Below, piece by piece: positions 54,668 through 64,000 of a stretch of DNA of 64,000 nucleotides. The notes below the pieces were generated by a model. That model did no database searches, had not been told where the DNA came from, and saw only the letters and a list, made by a program, of their open reading frames with translations. The first letter of the stretch is position 1. The number at the start of each line of letters is the position of its first letter. The DNA is taken from the NCBI GenBank assembly GCA_963797555.1, contig CAWCPV010000003.1, positions 608,001 to 672,000 of the forward strand, given 5' to 3'. Source of the DNA: an uncultured Gammaproteobacteria bacterium (GTDB lineage Bacteria; Pseudomonadota; Gammaproteobacteria; CAWCPV01). The position numbers and the translations under genes were made by a program.

Positions 54668-55036
54668 ATGAGCCGTCGCCTACCCCTTTTAAGCCTAGTC
54701 GTCCTTGTCCCGGTGCTCGTCGCCTCAGCGGTCGGCGTGCGAGCCGTCGCCGCCGAAGCCAAGAAGCCGGTCGCCAAATGGACTTGCGCGGACTTCCTTG
54801 CCGTCGACGAGCAGTTCAGACCAAAGGTCGTGTATTGGGCGACCGCCTACGCGAAAGGCGGCAAGCCCGAGGCCAGCGTCATCGACATCGACGGCACCGA
54901 AAAGGTCACGCCGATGATCATCGAGGACTGCACCAAGGCTCCGCAGGCTTCGTTCTGGCAGCGCCTTAAGGCCGACTGGGCGAAGGTCAAGGCGGCAGCG
55001 AAGGCCGAGACAAAAAAGGTCGAAAAGAAGATGTAG
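54668..55036 (+). CDS. hdeA: HdeA-family periplasmic acid chaperone
   Basis: GAGGAGG RBS, signal peptide, KKPVAKWTCADFLAVDEQFRP..VTPMIIEDCTKAPQASF (conserved Cys pair). Confidence 0.8.
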   Translation: MSRRLPLLSLVVLVPVLVASAVGVRAVAAEAKKPVAKWTCADFLAVDEQFRPKVVYWATAYAKGGKPEASVIDIDGTEKVTPMIIEDCTKAPQASFWQRLKADWAKVKAAAKAETKKVEKKM

Positions 55037-55188
55037 GCGTCCGCCTAGCGGGCAGACCATAAGCGCAGACCCCGCCACCGCCACCCGGCGCGGGGGCCGC
55101 TGAAGCCGTTAGTCTCCGTGAGTGGCCGGCAAGAGGATGCCGGCCGCTGACCTTGTTGCCCGTCGCGCACTGGGACGGAGGGGACGCC

Positions 55189-55518
55189 ATGCTCGGGTTC
55201 GATCTGGACATCTGGGACTACCTGACCTTCGTCACGCTGTTCCTGGCGGTGGTTGCGGGCGTGGCGTTTTGGGTCTCGCCCGCCGGGCTGCCCGGGCGGA
55301 TCACGATTGCCCGCAAGCACCCGGAGGCGGAGGCGGTCAAGCTGCTCGGCTGGGCCGGGCTACTGCCGACCACCCATTCCTGGGTCCAGGCCTTCATCTG
55401 GGCCTTCGGCCCAGCGACATCATCGACAGCCGGCGCTTTCCGCGCCAGGAGGCGCGGGCGAGGACATCGCCCAGCCGGGCGATGTCCCGCCGAAGGCGGC
55501 CGCGGAGCAGACCCGAAC
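55189..55518 (+). pseudogene. DUF3302-family small membrane protein (degenerate)
   Basis: LDIWDYLTF..LPGRITIARKHPEAEAVKLLGWAG..WVQAFIWAF; 3' end out of frame. Confidence 0.65.
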
Positions 55519-56056
55519 TCAGGTTCCCGGGCCGACCAGCGTCAGGTCCACGCGCCGGTTCTTCGCCCGGCCCTCTGGCGTGTCGTTCGAAGCTACCGGG
55601 TGGGTGTCGCCGAAACCTTGCGCCGACAGCAGGTTCGGAGTGACTCCCTGGCGCTTTAGGAACTGAACGACCGTATCGGCTCGGTTGGACGACAACTGCA
55701 GGTTCGACTCCACGCCCATGCGCTTCAGCTCGGGCCCGATGGGCACGTTGTCGGTATAGCCGTTCACGACGACCCGCGTGTTTTGCAGCTTCACCAGCGT
55801 CGGGACCAGCTTCATCAACGTCTGCTCTCCTTTCTCTTCAAGCTGCCACCCCCCGAAGGTCCGCCTTCATGGTGACCTTGAGCTGCCCTTCGAGCTTGGT
55901 AATCTCTACCTGATCGGCGGCAATCTCGGCGGAGAGCTGCGCTTGGAGTTGCACATAGTCCTGCTCCAACTGGTCATACTGCTGTACCGGCACACAGGCC
56001 GCAAGCGACAGGACGAACAGCGCCGCGACGCGCGCGGTGAACGGAATCTTGATCAC
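55519..56056 (-). CDS. OmpA/MotB C-terminal-domain lipoprotein (frameshift near 55860)
   Basis: Lipobox LAAC, coiled coil, GYTDNVPI..NLQLSSNRA..GFGDTHPVASN..GRAKNRRV. Confidence 0.85.
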
Positions 56057-56218
56057 GGTTAGTCTCCTCGGATTTGTTACATACAAGTGCGGGCCACTCC
56101 GCCTCTGGCGTTCACCGCAAACGTCTCGGTGATCAGACCAAACGTCTGGCTGCTCCGGCCGATTCCCACCGCCAGAAGGAGAGGCTGGGAATACGTCCGA
56201 AAAGGCTCGACCCTACGA

Positions 56219-57262
56219 TTAGGCACTTGGATTGCTGACAATCTGATAACTCACGTCGCTGCCGAAATAAAATGGCTGATAGAAAGCACGGCCGAACGTG
56301 AAGTAAGTGACTCCGTTGACCTTGGTCGCGACTGCACCGCTGGGCAAACTGTTGACATACGCCCCGACCGGAGGCTGGACCAACTGATAGCCGCCGGCCG
56401 TCTGCGTGTAAAACGCACCGCCGCAGTCCTGGTAATAAGTGCCATTGTTGTAGATCATGTTGAACGAGGGCGGTAGACTGGTCACCACGGCGCCCTGAGG
56501 CGGAGCCACGACGGTATACTGCGATCCCTGCGGGGCATAGTAGACTCCTCCCGAATAGTAGTAGGTGTTGCCGCCAACATACACGGTACTGTACGCTGCC
56601 GGCAGACTCGCAACCATGGCGCCCAGGGCAAATCCGCCCAGCGCGGCCCCGGCGTAGTAACCGCTCCAGTCGTCGCAGTAATTATTCCAGTGGTCGTCGT
56701 AATTGTTCTGTAGGGTATTGGCTTCGTTGACTCGAGTCTGCTGCAAGCTGTTGGCTTCGTTCTGGCGGTTCTGCTGGTATGTATTCGCCTCACCCTGTCG
56801 CCCTTGTTGGCGCTGGGTCATACTCTGTTGGCGAGTCTGAACATCCGCCTGACGGGTGCTGGCAAGATTACTACCGCTTCCGCCGCTCCATTGGCCCCCA
56901 CCCCAACTATGGCTTCCGGAGTTCCAGTCGTGGGCTGCGCCGAAATCCCCGTCCGAGTGGCTTACGCTGCCCAAGGCACCGCCGCCGAAGGCACCGCCAC
57001 CCAGTCCGCCACCGCCGAAGCGGCCGCCGAAACCGCCGCCCCCGCCAAATCCGTGGAAGCCTCCGAATCCGCCGCCTCCGAGGCCCCCGCCATGGAAACC
57101 GCCAAACCTTCCACCTCCGAACCCTCCGCCATGGAAACCCCCGAAGCCGCCCCCAAATCTCGCCAGGGTCCCGCTCGGGTCGATACCGAAGACCGCCACC
57201 AGAGCCGTCGCCAGCAGAAGGAGGCGCCGCGAATTCCGATGCTGTGTTACGCTCGTTGCCAT
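56219..57262 (-). CDS. Secreted Gly-rich/Gln-rich protein with Tyr-rich C-terminal repeats (DUF6515-like)
   Basis: Signal-like N-terminus, GGFHGGG repeats, 11-aa EAN.(L/Y)QQ repeats, SLP....V.V.G.TYYY units. Confidence 0.7.
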   Translation of the reverse strand: MATSVTQHRNSRRLLLLATALVAVFGIDPSGTLARFGGGFGGFHGGGFGGGRFGGFHGGGLGGGGFGGFHGFGGGGGFGGRFGGGGLGGGAFGGGALGSVSHSDGDFGAAHDWNSGSHSWGGGQWSGGSGSNLASTRQADVQTRQQSMTQRQQGRQGEANTYQQNRQNEANSLQQTRVNEANTLQNNYDDHWNNYCDDWSGYYAGAALGGFALGAMVASLPAAYSTVYVGGNTYYYSGGVYYAPQGSQYTVVAPPQGAVVTSLPPSFNMIYNNGTYYQDCGGAFYTQTAGGYQLVQPPVGAYVNSLPSGAVATKVNGVTYFTFGRAFYQPFYFGSDVSYQIVSNPSA

Positions 57263-57288
57263 CACCGATCTCTCATGTCCGTTACACT

Positions 57289-57927
57289 TTACCCATTTTT
57301 TGTGGCGACTTTGACGAATTGAATCTTGTCGGCCCCCGCGGGTACTTTAGCGGTGAACAGGGAATCGGGAAAGCGCGCTCGAAGGTCCCAATCGGTCAAG
57401 ACGGCAGTGAACTGGGGAGAACCCGGCATGGTTTTGTAAGTGATGAGCAGCTTGCGCGGCAGCAGTTGTTTGCCGTCCTCAATCCAGATCTGCCAGTCGA
57501 TGTACTTTTCGACGAACGCCAGATGCTGACAGCATACGCCGTCAACGACACTCGGACCAACACTAATGCCAAACTGCACCTTCCCCATGAGCGCCTTGTC
57601 AGGATCGCTGTATAGCAGATCGGACAATGGAGGAGCAAAGCCGAGATCCTTCATCACATAGTCCATGGCTTGATCCAGCTTAGCTGGAACCTTTTCTGAG
57701 GCATACATATTCTTGTCGGGGTCGTAAAGGGTGATGGTTTCGCCGTTGTACCAGAATTGTTTGGAGCCAAGGTCCCCGCTGTATTCAATATAGGCATCAT
57801 TGGGTCGGCGCACCGCCACGTCTTCCGTGGCCGCAAACTGGATCTTCTGCCCCGACGGCAGCACGTCGTCAAAAGTTATCTGAGCCTGAAAGCTGAATTG
57901 CTCGACGCTGTTCAGATACTTGCTCAT
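57289..57927 (-). pseudogene. DUF2092-family periplasmic protein, N-terminus removed by IS insertion
   Basis: MSKYLNSVEQFSF..GQKIQF..VRRP..APPLSDLLY..CQHLAF..IDWQIWIEDG..LPRKLLITY. Confidence 0.8.
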
Positions 57928-59166
57928 TCCTTGGGGTGGGCCAGGCGGACGAACAGGCTCCACCAGTTGTAGATGAGCGCCACGGCGCGGGCCGAGAGCT
58001 GGCAGCGGTGCAGGTCGTGGGTGGTGAAGGCGCCCCAACCCCACTGGTTCTTCAGCTCCTCGAAGGCATTCTCGGCGTCGGCCCGGTCCCGGTAGAGTTG
58101 GCCGAGGCTTCGAATCTCGTAGTCGGTATTGGTCACCAGCACGGCATACTCGTAGCCGAGTGATGTTCTTACCCGCCTTTCGGTCCGCCTCGATGAAACC
58201 CAGCAGTTGCTGGCCGTTATGGTCCTGCGCAATCAGCACTTCGCCCTGGAGCGGGCGGCGCAACACCACGACGCGCCGCGGCGCCTGCCAGCCACACAGA
58301 CGCAGGCTGCCGTCCTTGCCTTCCCAGCCCTGACCGGCATCGGACCAGCCGCTGCCCCAGAAGATGCGCTCGATGTGACGTTTGACGTTCTTCGAGAGCT
58401 TGAGCTTGAACAGGTAGGGTGGTTGCCGCTCCTCCAGCGGAGCCATGAGGGTGTCGGAGCCGAAACCGCAATCGCCGCGCACCAGCTTCGGTCGTCTGGG
58501 GGGCGAGAGGGCGTCGAGTATCTTCAGCAGCCCCGGCAGGCTGTGGCTGCCCGAGTGCGCATCGCCCGCCTTGACCTCGGCGCCGACGACCAGCCGCAGC
58601 CCCGCCATGTCGATGTCGAGAATCCACGGCGCATCGAGCAACAGCGCCACACTTTCCTCCAGGTGCCGGTCCAGCCAGGCGACGCCTGCGGCTTCGGGGG
58701 TTCGCGGCGAGCGCCCGGCACAGGGCATCCTCGCTGATCACCTTGTTCATGCCGAGCAGCCCCGGATTGACGCCATCGCAGCGGATCGCCGTGACATGCG
58801 CATAGCGCCTGTGACCGGACAGAATCGACAGCATCCAGGTGCCAAGCACCTCGGCCTTGCTCGGCGCATTGGGACTCACGTAACGCAACGGGTAGCCCTC
58901 TTGCCAGCGCGACCACAGTCCAGTGAGCGTGAGAAATTCGATGAAGTACGCAAGCTGGCCCATCGGCGTGGCCGCGCTCTCGCTCTCCCAGCGCACTTGC
59001 ACCCGGCCACCGACCGTCTGCACCCCGGCACACGATGCAATCCTTTCTTGCGCCCCCACCGGCTCCAGTCTCGACTCACCCATCGGGTGACCCCCTTCAA
59101 TGCCTCGAAACCCACAGCCTGCCTGATTCCCAGGCAGCTTGCACGGGGTCAACTGAGCTTTCTAGG
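57928..59166 (-). mobile_element. IS1380-like element, truncated and frameshifted
   Basis: Transposase pieces from ATG 59083: ATPMGQLAYF, WILDID, LVRGDCGFG, YRDRADAENAFEELKNQWGWG. Putative end CCTAGAAAGCTCAGTTG at 59166. Confidence 0.8.
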
Positions 59167-59449
59167 TTGAATCGGCCCACTCGGCTCTGGAACTGCCTCC
59201 TTTGGCGCGCCGGGTCCAGGAAATAGCGGTGTACACGGTCACGGTGGCCCGCCCCGTCTCAATCGAGTAATCTACAAGCCGCAACGGTTCCGGAGCGGGG
59301 CCGAGCGGCCCCGGACCCTCGGGTTCACCCGCGCGCCGTGTCAACCGCCCGGCTGGGCTGCGTCCACGGGGCAGTCAAGGTTAGCAAGAGATGAGGCCAG
59401 GACAGGGATAGCGAGCACCGCCAACACTCGCTGGCCCGCGCTGTAACTC

Positions 59450-60751
59450 ATGATGACTCCAGAAAACGAAGCGCCTTCTTCGCGCGGGCTCCTACCGCTG
59501 GCGCTCCTCGCTTGGCTGGTGGGATCGTTCTCGGGATTGGTGACCGCATTCTTCCGGCTCGCGCTCCAGCACGCTGACCGGGGTCGGGAAGGCCTCATCG
59601 CGTGGGCGCACGGCTGGCCTGTTGCAGGATTTGTCCTGGTAGTGGGGGCGGTGGCCGGAGCGACTGCGGGTGCATGCTGGCTCGTGCGGCGTTTCTCCCC
59701 TTACGCTGGCGGGAGCGGCATTCCTCACGTGGAGGCAGTTCTGGACGGGGAGCTGCCGCCCGCGCCATTCAGTCTGCTGCCGGTCAAGTTCCTCGGCGGG
59801 TGGCTCGCGATCGGCGGCGGGCTGGCGCTGGGCCGGGAAGGACCCAGCGTGCAGATGGGAGCGAACATGGGCGCGGTTCTGGGACAGGTGTTTCGTTTGA
59901 ACGGGCGGGATTGCATGGCGCTGCTGGCCGCCGGTGCCGGCGCGGGTCTCGCCACGGCGTTCAACGCGCCCATAGCGGGGGCAGTGTTCGTGCTGGAAGA
60001 GCTGGTGCGGCGCTTTGACACACGCATCGCCATCGCCGCGCTCGGCGCTTCCGCCGGCGCCATCGCCGTGGCACGGTTGGTGTTAAGCCAGGCGCCGGAC
60101 TTCGCTGTGGAGGCGATGCCTTATACGGGCAGCGGGAGCGGATTCCTGTTCTTCGCCCTCGGTCTGCTGGCCGGCCTGGCCGGTGTGGCCTACAATCGCA
60201 CTCTGCTCGCGGCGCTCTCCATTTCCGATCGCTTCGGGCGCTGGCCGGCAGAGCTGCGAGCGGCGGTGATCGGGGCCGCGGTCGGAGCACTCGCTTGGTT
60301 CGCCCCGGGGCTGGTCGGTGGCGGCGACGCCATTACTCAAAGAGCCCTTGGCGGAAGCGAGGTCATCGGCGCCCTGCCGTTCGTATTCGCGCTCCGCTTT
60401 GGGCTCGGCGCGGTGTCCTACGCGGCAGGCACACCGGGCGGGCTGTTTGCGCCGATGCTGGTGCTGGGGGCCGAGCTGGGGCTGCTCTTTGCGGCGCTCT
60501 GCCACCTCGGGTTGCCGGACCTGGGCGCGCCAGCGGCGGCGTTTGCGGTCGTGGGCATGGCGGCGTTCTTCACCGCCGTGGTCCGGGCCCCAATCACCGG
60601 CATCGTTCTCGCCGTCGAGCTGACGGGCGGTTTCACCCAGCTCCTGGCGATGCTCTGGGCTTGCTTTGCCGCGATGGCAATTCCTACTCTGCTTGCCAAC
60701 AGGCCGATCTATGATTCGCTCAAGGAGCGGACGCTCCGGTCCCGAAGGTAA
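59450..60751 (+). CDS. clcA: ClC H+/Cl- exchanger
   Basis: GSGIP, GREGP, FVLEEL, GLFAP, PIY. Confidence 0.93.
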   Translation: MMTPENEAPSSRGLLPLALLAWLVGSFSGLVTAFFRLALQHADRGREGLIAWAHGWPVAGFVLVVGAVAGATAGACWLVRRFSPYAGGSGIPHVEAVLDGELPPAPFSLLPVKFLGGWLAIGGGLALGREGPSVQMGANMGAVLGQVFRLNGRDCMALLAAGAGAGLATAFNAPIAGAVFVLEELVRRFDTRIAIAALGASAGAIAVARLVLSQAPDFAVEAMPYTGSGSGFLFFALGLLAGLAGVAYNRTLLAALSISDRFGRWPAELRAAVIGAAVGALAWFAPGLVGGGDAITQRALGGSEVIGALPFVFALRFGLGAVSYAAGTPGGLFAPMLVLGAELGLLFAALCHLGLPDLGAPAAAFAVVGMAAFFTAVVRAPITGIVLAVELTGGFTQLLAMLWACFAAMAIPTLLANRPIYDSLKERTLRSRR

Positions 60752-60764
60752 TAGATGAGGTGCG

Positions 60765-60930
60765 GTGGTGCCCCTGGTGCGGGAAATCGACGAGATGCGC
60801 TACCAGTGGGACGAGCCCTTTGTGGTGGATGACCGCCGCGTCAGGAAGCGCTTCGGGCTGAGCCCGACGGATGCGTACGAAGCCGCGCGAGCAACGGTGG
60901 ACTGGGCAAGGGAGACCTACGAGCTGACCA
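60765..60930 (+). pseudogene. C-terminal remnant of an NAD-dependent epimerase-like gene
   Basis: PLVREIDEMRYQWDEPFVVDD....RFGLSPT...AARATVDW. Confidence 0.5.
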
Positions 60931-61080
60931 AGGCGGGTGTCCGTGGCCCCGGGGAAAACGCAAGCGCCTTGACCGGTACGCGCCTAGGGCCTATCTTCGC
61001 TACCGGCTCTGTTCACCCGCGATGCGCGGCGCGCTACCGCGAGTATTTCCCCAGGCTGAAACTCATGGCGCCGCATTGAT

Positions 61081-63520
61081 ATGCCCTTCCAACGCTATCT
61101 CAACGCCATTGGCGACGCCCTCAGGCGCGGAGACGCCACCGAACACACGCACCGCCCGGCGCTGAAGGCACTGGTGGAGTCGCTCGAATCAGGCATCGTC
61201 GCGACCAACGAACCGAAGCGCATCGCGTGCGGTGCCCCCGACTTCATCATCTCGAAGGGCGAGGTGCCGGTCGGCTACATTGAGGCGAAAGATGTCGGCC
61301 TCGCCCTGACAACCATCGAGGAGGACGAACAGCTCAAGCGTTACCGGGCGAGCCTGCGTAACCTGATCCTCACCGACTACCTCGAATTCCGTTGGTACCG
61401 CGATGGCAAGCTCCTGCAATCCGCACGCGTGGGCAAGTGGCAAAAGAACGGGGTGCTCAAGAAGGATGCCGCAGGCATCGCCGTCGCGGGCAAGCTGTTC
61501 GCGGGCTTCTTGCAGGCCGAGGTCGAGGCGATTGGCTCGCCGCGTGATCTGGCCGAAAAGATGGCTCGGCTGGCCCGCATGATCCATGACCTGATCGCGA
61601 CGGCGTTTACGGCGGAAGGGCTCGGTGGCGAACTTCACGCGCAATACGAAGGCTTCAAGCAAGTGTTGATCGCCGAACTCACACCCCCGCAATTCGCCGA
61701 CATGTATGCGCAGACCATCTGCTATGGCCTGTTCGCCGCGCGCTGCAATCATGCGGGCGGGCCGTTCACGCGCCAGTCCGCCGGTTACGAACTGCCACGC
61801 ACCAACCCCTTTCTGCGCGACGTGTTCTCGCGCATTGCCGGCGTCGGGTTGGACGATCGCATTGCCTGGGCCGTGGACGATCTCGCGCTGCTCCTCTCGC
61901 GCGCTGACATGGGTTCCATCCTGGCGGACTTCGGCAAGCGCACGCGGCAGGAAGACGCGGTGGTGCATTTCTATGAAACCTTCCTCGCCGCGTATGACCC
62001 CGAGCTGCGCGAAACGCGCGGCGTCTACTACACGCCCGAGCCGGTGGTGAGTTACATCGTCCGTTCCGTGGACGCGATCCTCAAGCGCGATTTCGAATTG
62101 AACGACGGGCTGGCCGACGCGAGCAAGGTGAAAATCCAGGTCGGCACCGGCAAGCAGGACAAACGCTACGCGAGTGGTGAGCGACAGGAGGAGCGTGAGG
62201 TGCACCGCGTGCAGATTCTCGACCCCGCCGCGGGCACCGGCACCTTCCTGTACGCCGTGATCGAGCAGATACGCGAGCGCTTCATGGGCAATGCCGGCAT
62301 GTGGCCCGGCTATGTGGCCGCGCATTTGTTGCCGCGGCTTTACGGCTTCGAGCTGCTGATCGCGCCTTACGCGGTCGCCCACATGAAGCTCGGCCTACAG
62401 CTCAGGGAATCGGGCTACGACTTCGCGAGTGACGAGCGCCTGCGCGTCTATCTCACCAACACGCTGGAAGAGGCGCACGAGCTCGCCGGGCTGCCGCTGT
62501 TCGCCGCCGCTATCGCACATGAGGCGGCGAGCGCAAGCGAGGTGAAGAAGGATGCGCCGATCATGGTGGTGCTCGGCAACCCGCCGTATTCCGGGCACTC
62601 CGCCAATACGGGGGAGTGGATCAACGGCTTGCTGCACGGCTTCGATGCCTTGACCGGCGCGGCCATCGGTAGCTATTTCCTCTGCGACGGCAAGGCGCTT
62701 GGCGAGCGCAACCCCAAATGGCTGAACGACGATTACGTGAAGTTTCTGCGCTTCGCGCAGTGGCGTATCGAGAAGACCGGCTACGGCATTCTGGCTTTCA
62801 TTACCAACCACGGGTATCTCGATAATCCGACGTTTCGCGGCATGCGCCAAAGCCTCATCGAGAGCTTCGACGACATCTATCTGCTCGACCTCCACGGAAA
62901 CAGCAAGAAGAAAGAGAAGGCGCCCGACGGCGGGCCGGACAAGAACGTTTTCGACATCCAGCAAGGGGTGGCGATTGGGATCTTCGTGCGGCGCGGCGGT
63001 GCGCGCAGCCGCAACGTCCATCATGCCGATCTATGGGGTAGCCGCGAGAGCAAGTATTCGTGGTTGTGGGAACATGACGTCGCAGACACACCGTGGGCCG
63101 CACTTGCGCCGGACAGCCCCGCATACATGCTGGTGCCTCAGGAGACCGCCCTGCTTGTCGAGTACATGCGAGGCTGGAAAATCACTGAGGCGATGCCGGT
63201 CAATGTGCTCGGATTTCAGACGCACCGCGACAAGTTCGCGATCGACTTCGAACGCGACCGGCTCGAAGCCCGGCTCAACGAAATGCGCGACACCGTATTG
63301 CCGGATTCCGAATACGCGGGGCGCTACGGCCTACAAGATAACCCGGGTTGGCAGCTTCGACCGGCGCGAGAGGCGCTGCGTAAGGATGAGCAGTGGCGCG
63401 ACAAGCTGATCTCTTGCGCCTATCGCCCATTCGACCACCGCTGGTGCTACTTCAGCGAAGTCGCCATGGACCGCCCACGGCGCGAATTGAAGGACCACGT
63501 GGCAGGTCGCGACACGCTAT
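61081..63520 (+). pseudogene. Fused restriction-modification enzyme (N6-adenine MTase, type ISP/IIG-like), truncated by IS
   Basis: GAPDF..GYIEAK nuclease, RGVYYTPEPVV, ILDPAAGTGTFL, GNPPY, YRPFD; the ORF reads on into IS sequence to 63660. Confidence 0.88.
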
Positions 63521-64000
63521 CCTGGATCCATGACTTGAATCTCCGAGCGCCCGGGGCGCGAGAGAATGGGAGCTATTCTCAGTTGAGTTGGTTAGTTTTT
63601 AGCCAACCGGTGACGCCGGCTATGTACAGCGGGCGTAGACCCTCGTCGGCGCAGGAGTGACGGCGGGGCTTTGAGGCTTGGACGCTGAATTTCGGGCGTA
63701 GGTTTACACCGGGGTCTGGTGAGGCCCGGGTCGAGTTTCTATGGAGGTCGTCCTAGCTACCCGAAGGCGAGCTGGTAATACAGCTGCTCGAAGGCGCGAA
63801 AGCCGGGACAGAGCCGGCTGAAGCGCAGCTTCAGTCTGCGGGCGGTGGCGACCAACCGGGCGGCGAGGTACATCAGTTCCTGGAGGACGGTCTTGATCCG
63901 CCGGCGCTTGGCCGGATGGCGCAGGGGAGCCGACTCGCCGGTCAGCCCGATGAGCCCAATGAGGCGCAGGATGTTGTAGGCGAACACGGCAAAGGCGAGC
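63521..64000 (-). mobile_element. IS1380-family element (partial)
   Basis: Abrupt junction at CCTGGATCCATGACTTGAA; transposase C-terminus on the minus strand. Confidence 0.8.
63757..64000 (-). CDS. IS1380 transposase C-terminus
   Basis: FAYNILRLIG..RHPAKRRRIKTVLQELMYLAARLV..ARRLKLRF. Confidence 0.85.
   Translation of the reverse strand, partial: LAFAVFAYNILRLIGLIGLTGESAPLRHPAKRRRIKTVLQELMYLAARLVATARRLKLRFSRLCPGFRAFEQLYYQLAFG

Noticed and set aside
57289-58728. 479-aa ORF as a transposase-DUF2092 fusion protein
   Set aside because: Chance in-frame join of a broken IS1380-like transposase and an interrupted DUF2092 gene

Overview
GC-rich proteobacterial-looking DNA with no rRNA, tRNA or CRISPR array detected. 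Family calls come from motif recognition by eye, not from database searches. 1-39 kb is mostly intact genes: a large secreted SdrD-B/Cna-B-like protein with a sigma54 promoter opposite a kinase/NtrC-type pair, an M50 protease, NAD kinase, Csp plus RRM proteins, a BT1-like transporter, pspA followed by two very large membrane proteins, a sulfatase plus HAD-2H fusion, a c-di-GMP-I riboswitch leading a REC-like/MglA-like GTPase operon, an APC permease, an acyl-CoA ligase, an SDR, FKBP, sohB, a ROK kinase, an HpnL-like protein and a sulfotransferase. 40-64 kb is a decaying accessory island: IS3, two IS630, two IS1380-like elements, restriction-modification relics, attC-like motifs, sulfatase/DUF1254 genes, aqpZ, hdeA and clcA. 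A ~141-bp MITE-like family abuts TGA stop codons. Many single-base frameshifts could be assembly errors rather than real pseudogenes. The best candidates for undescribed systems are the riboswitch-controlled GTPase operon, the PspA plus giant membrane protein pair, and the sigma54-controlled secreted protein.
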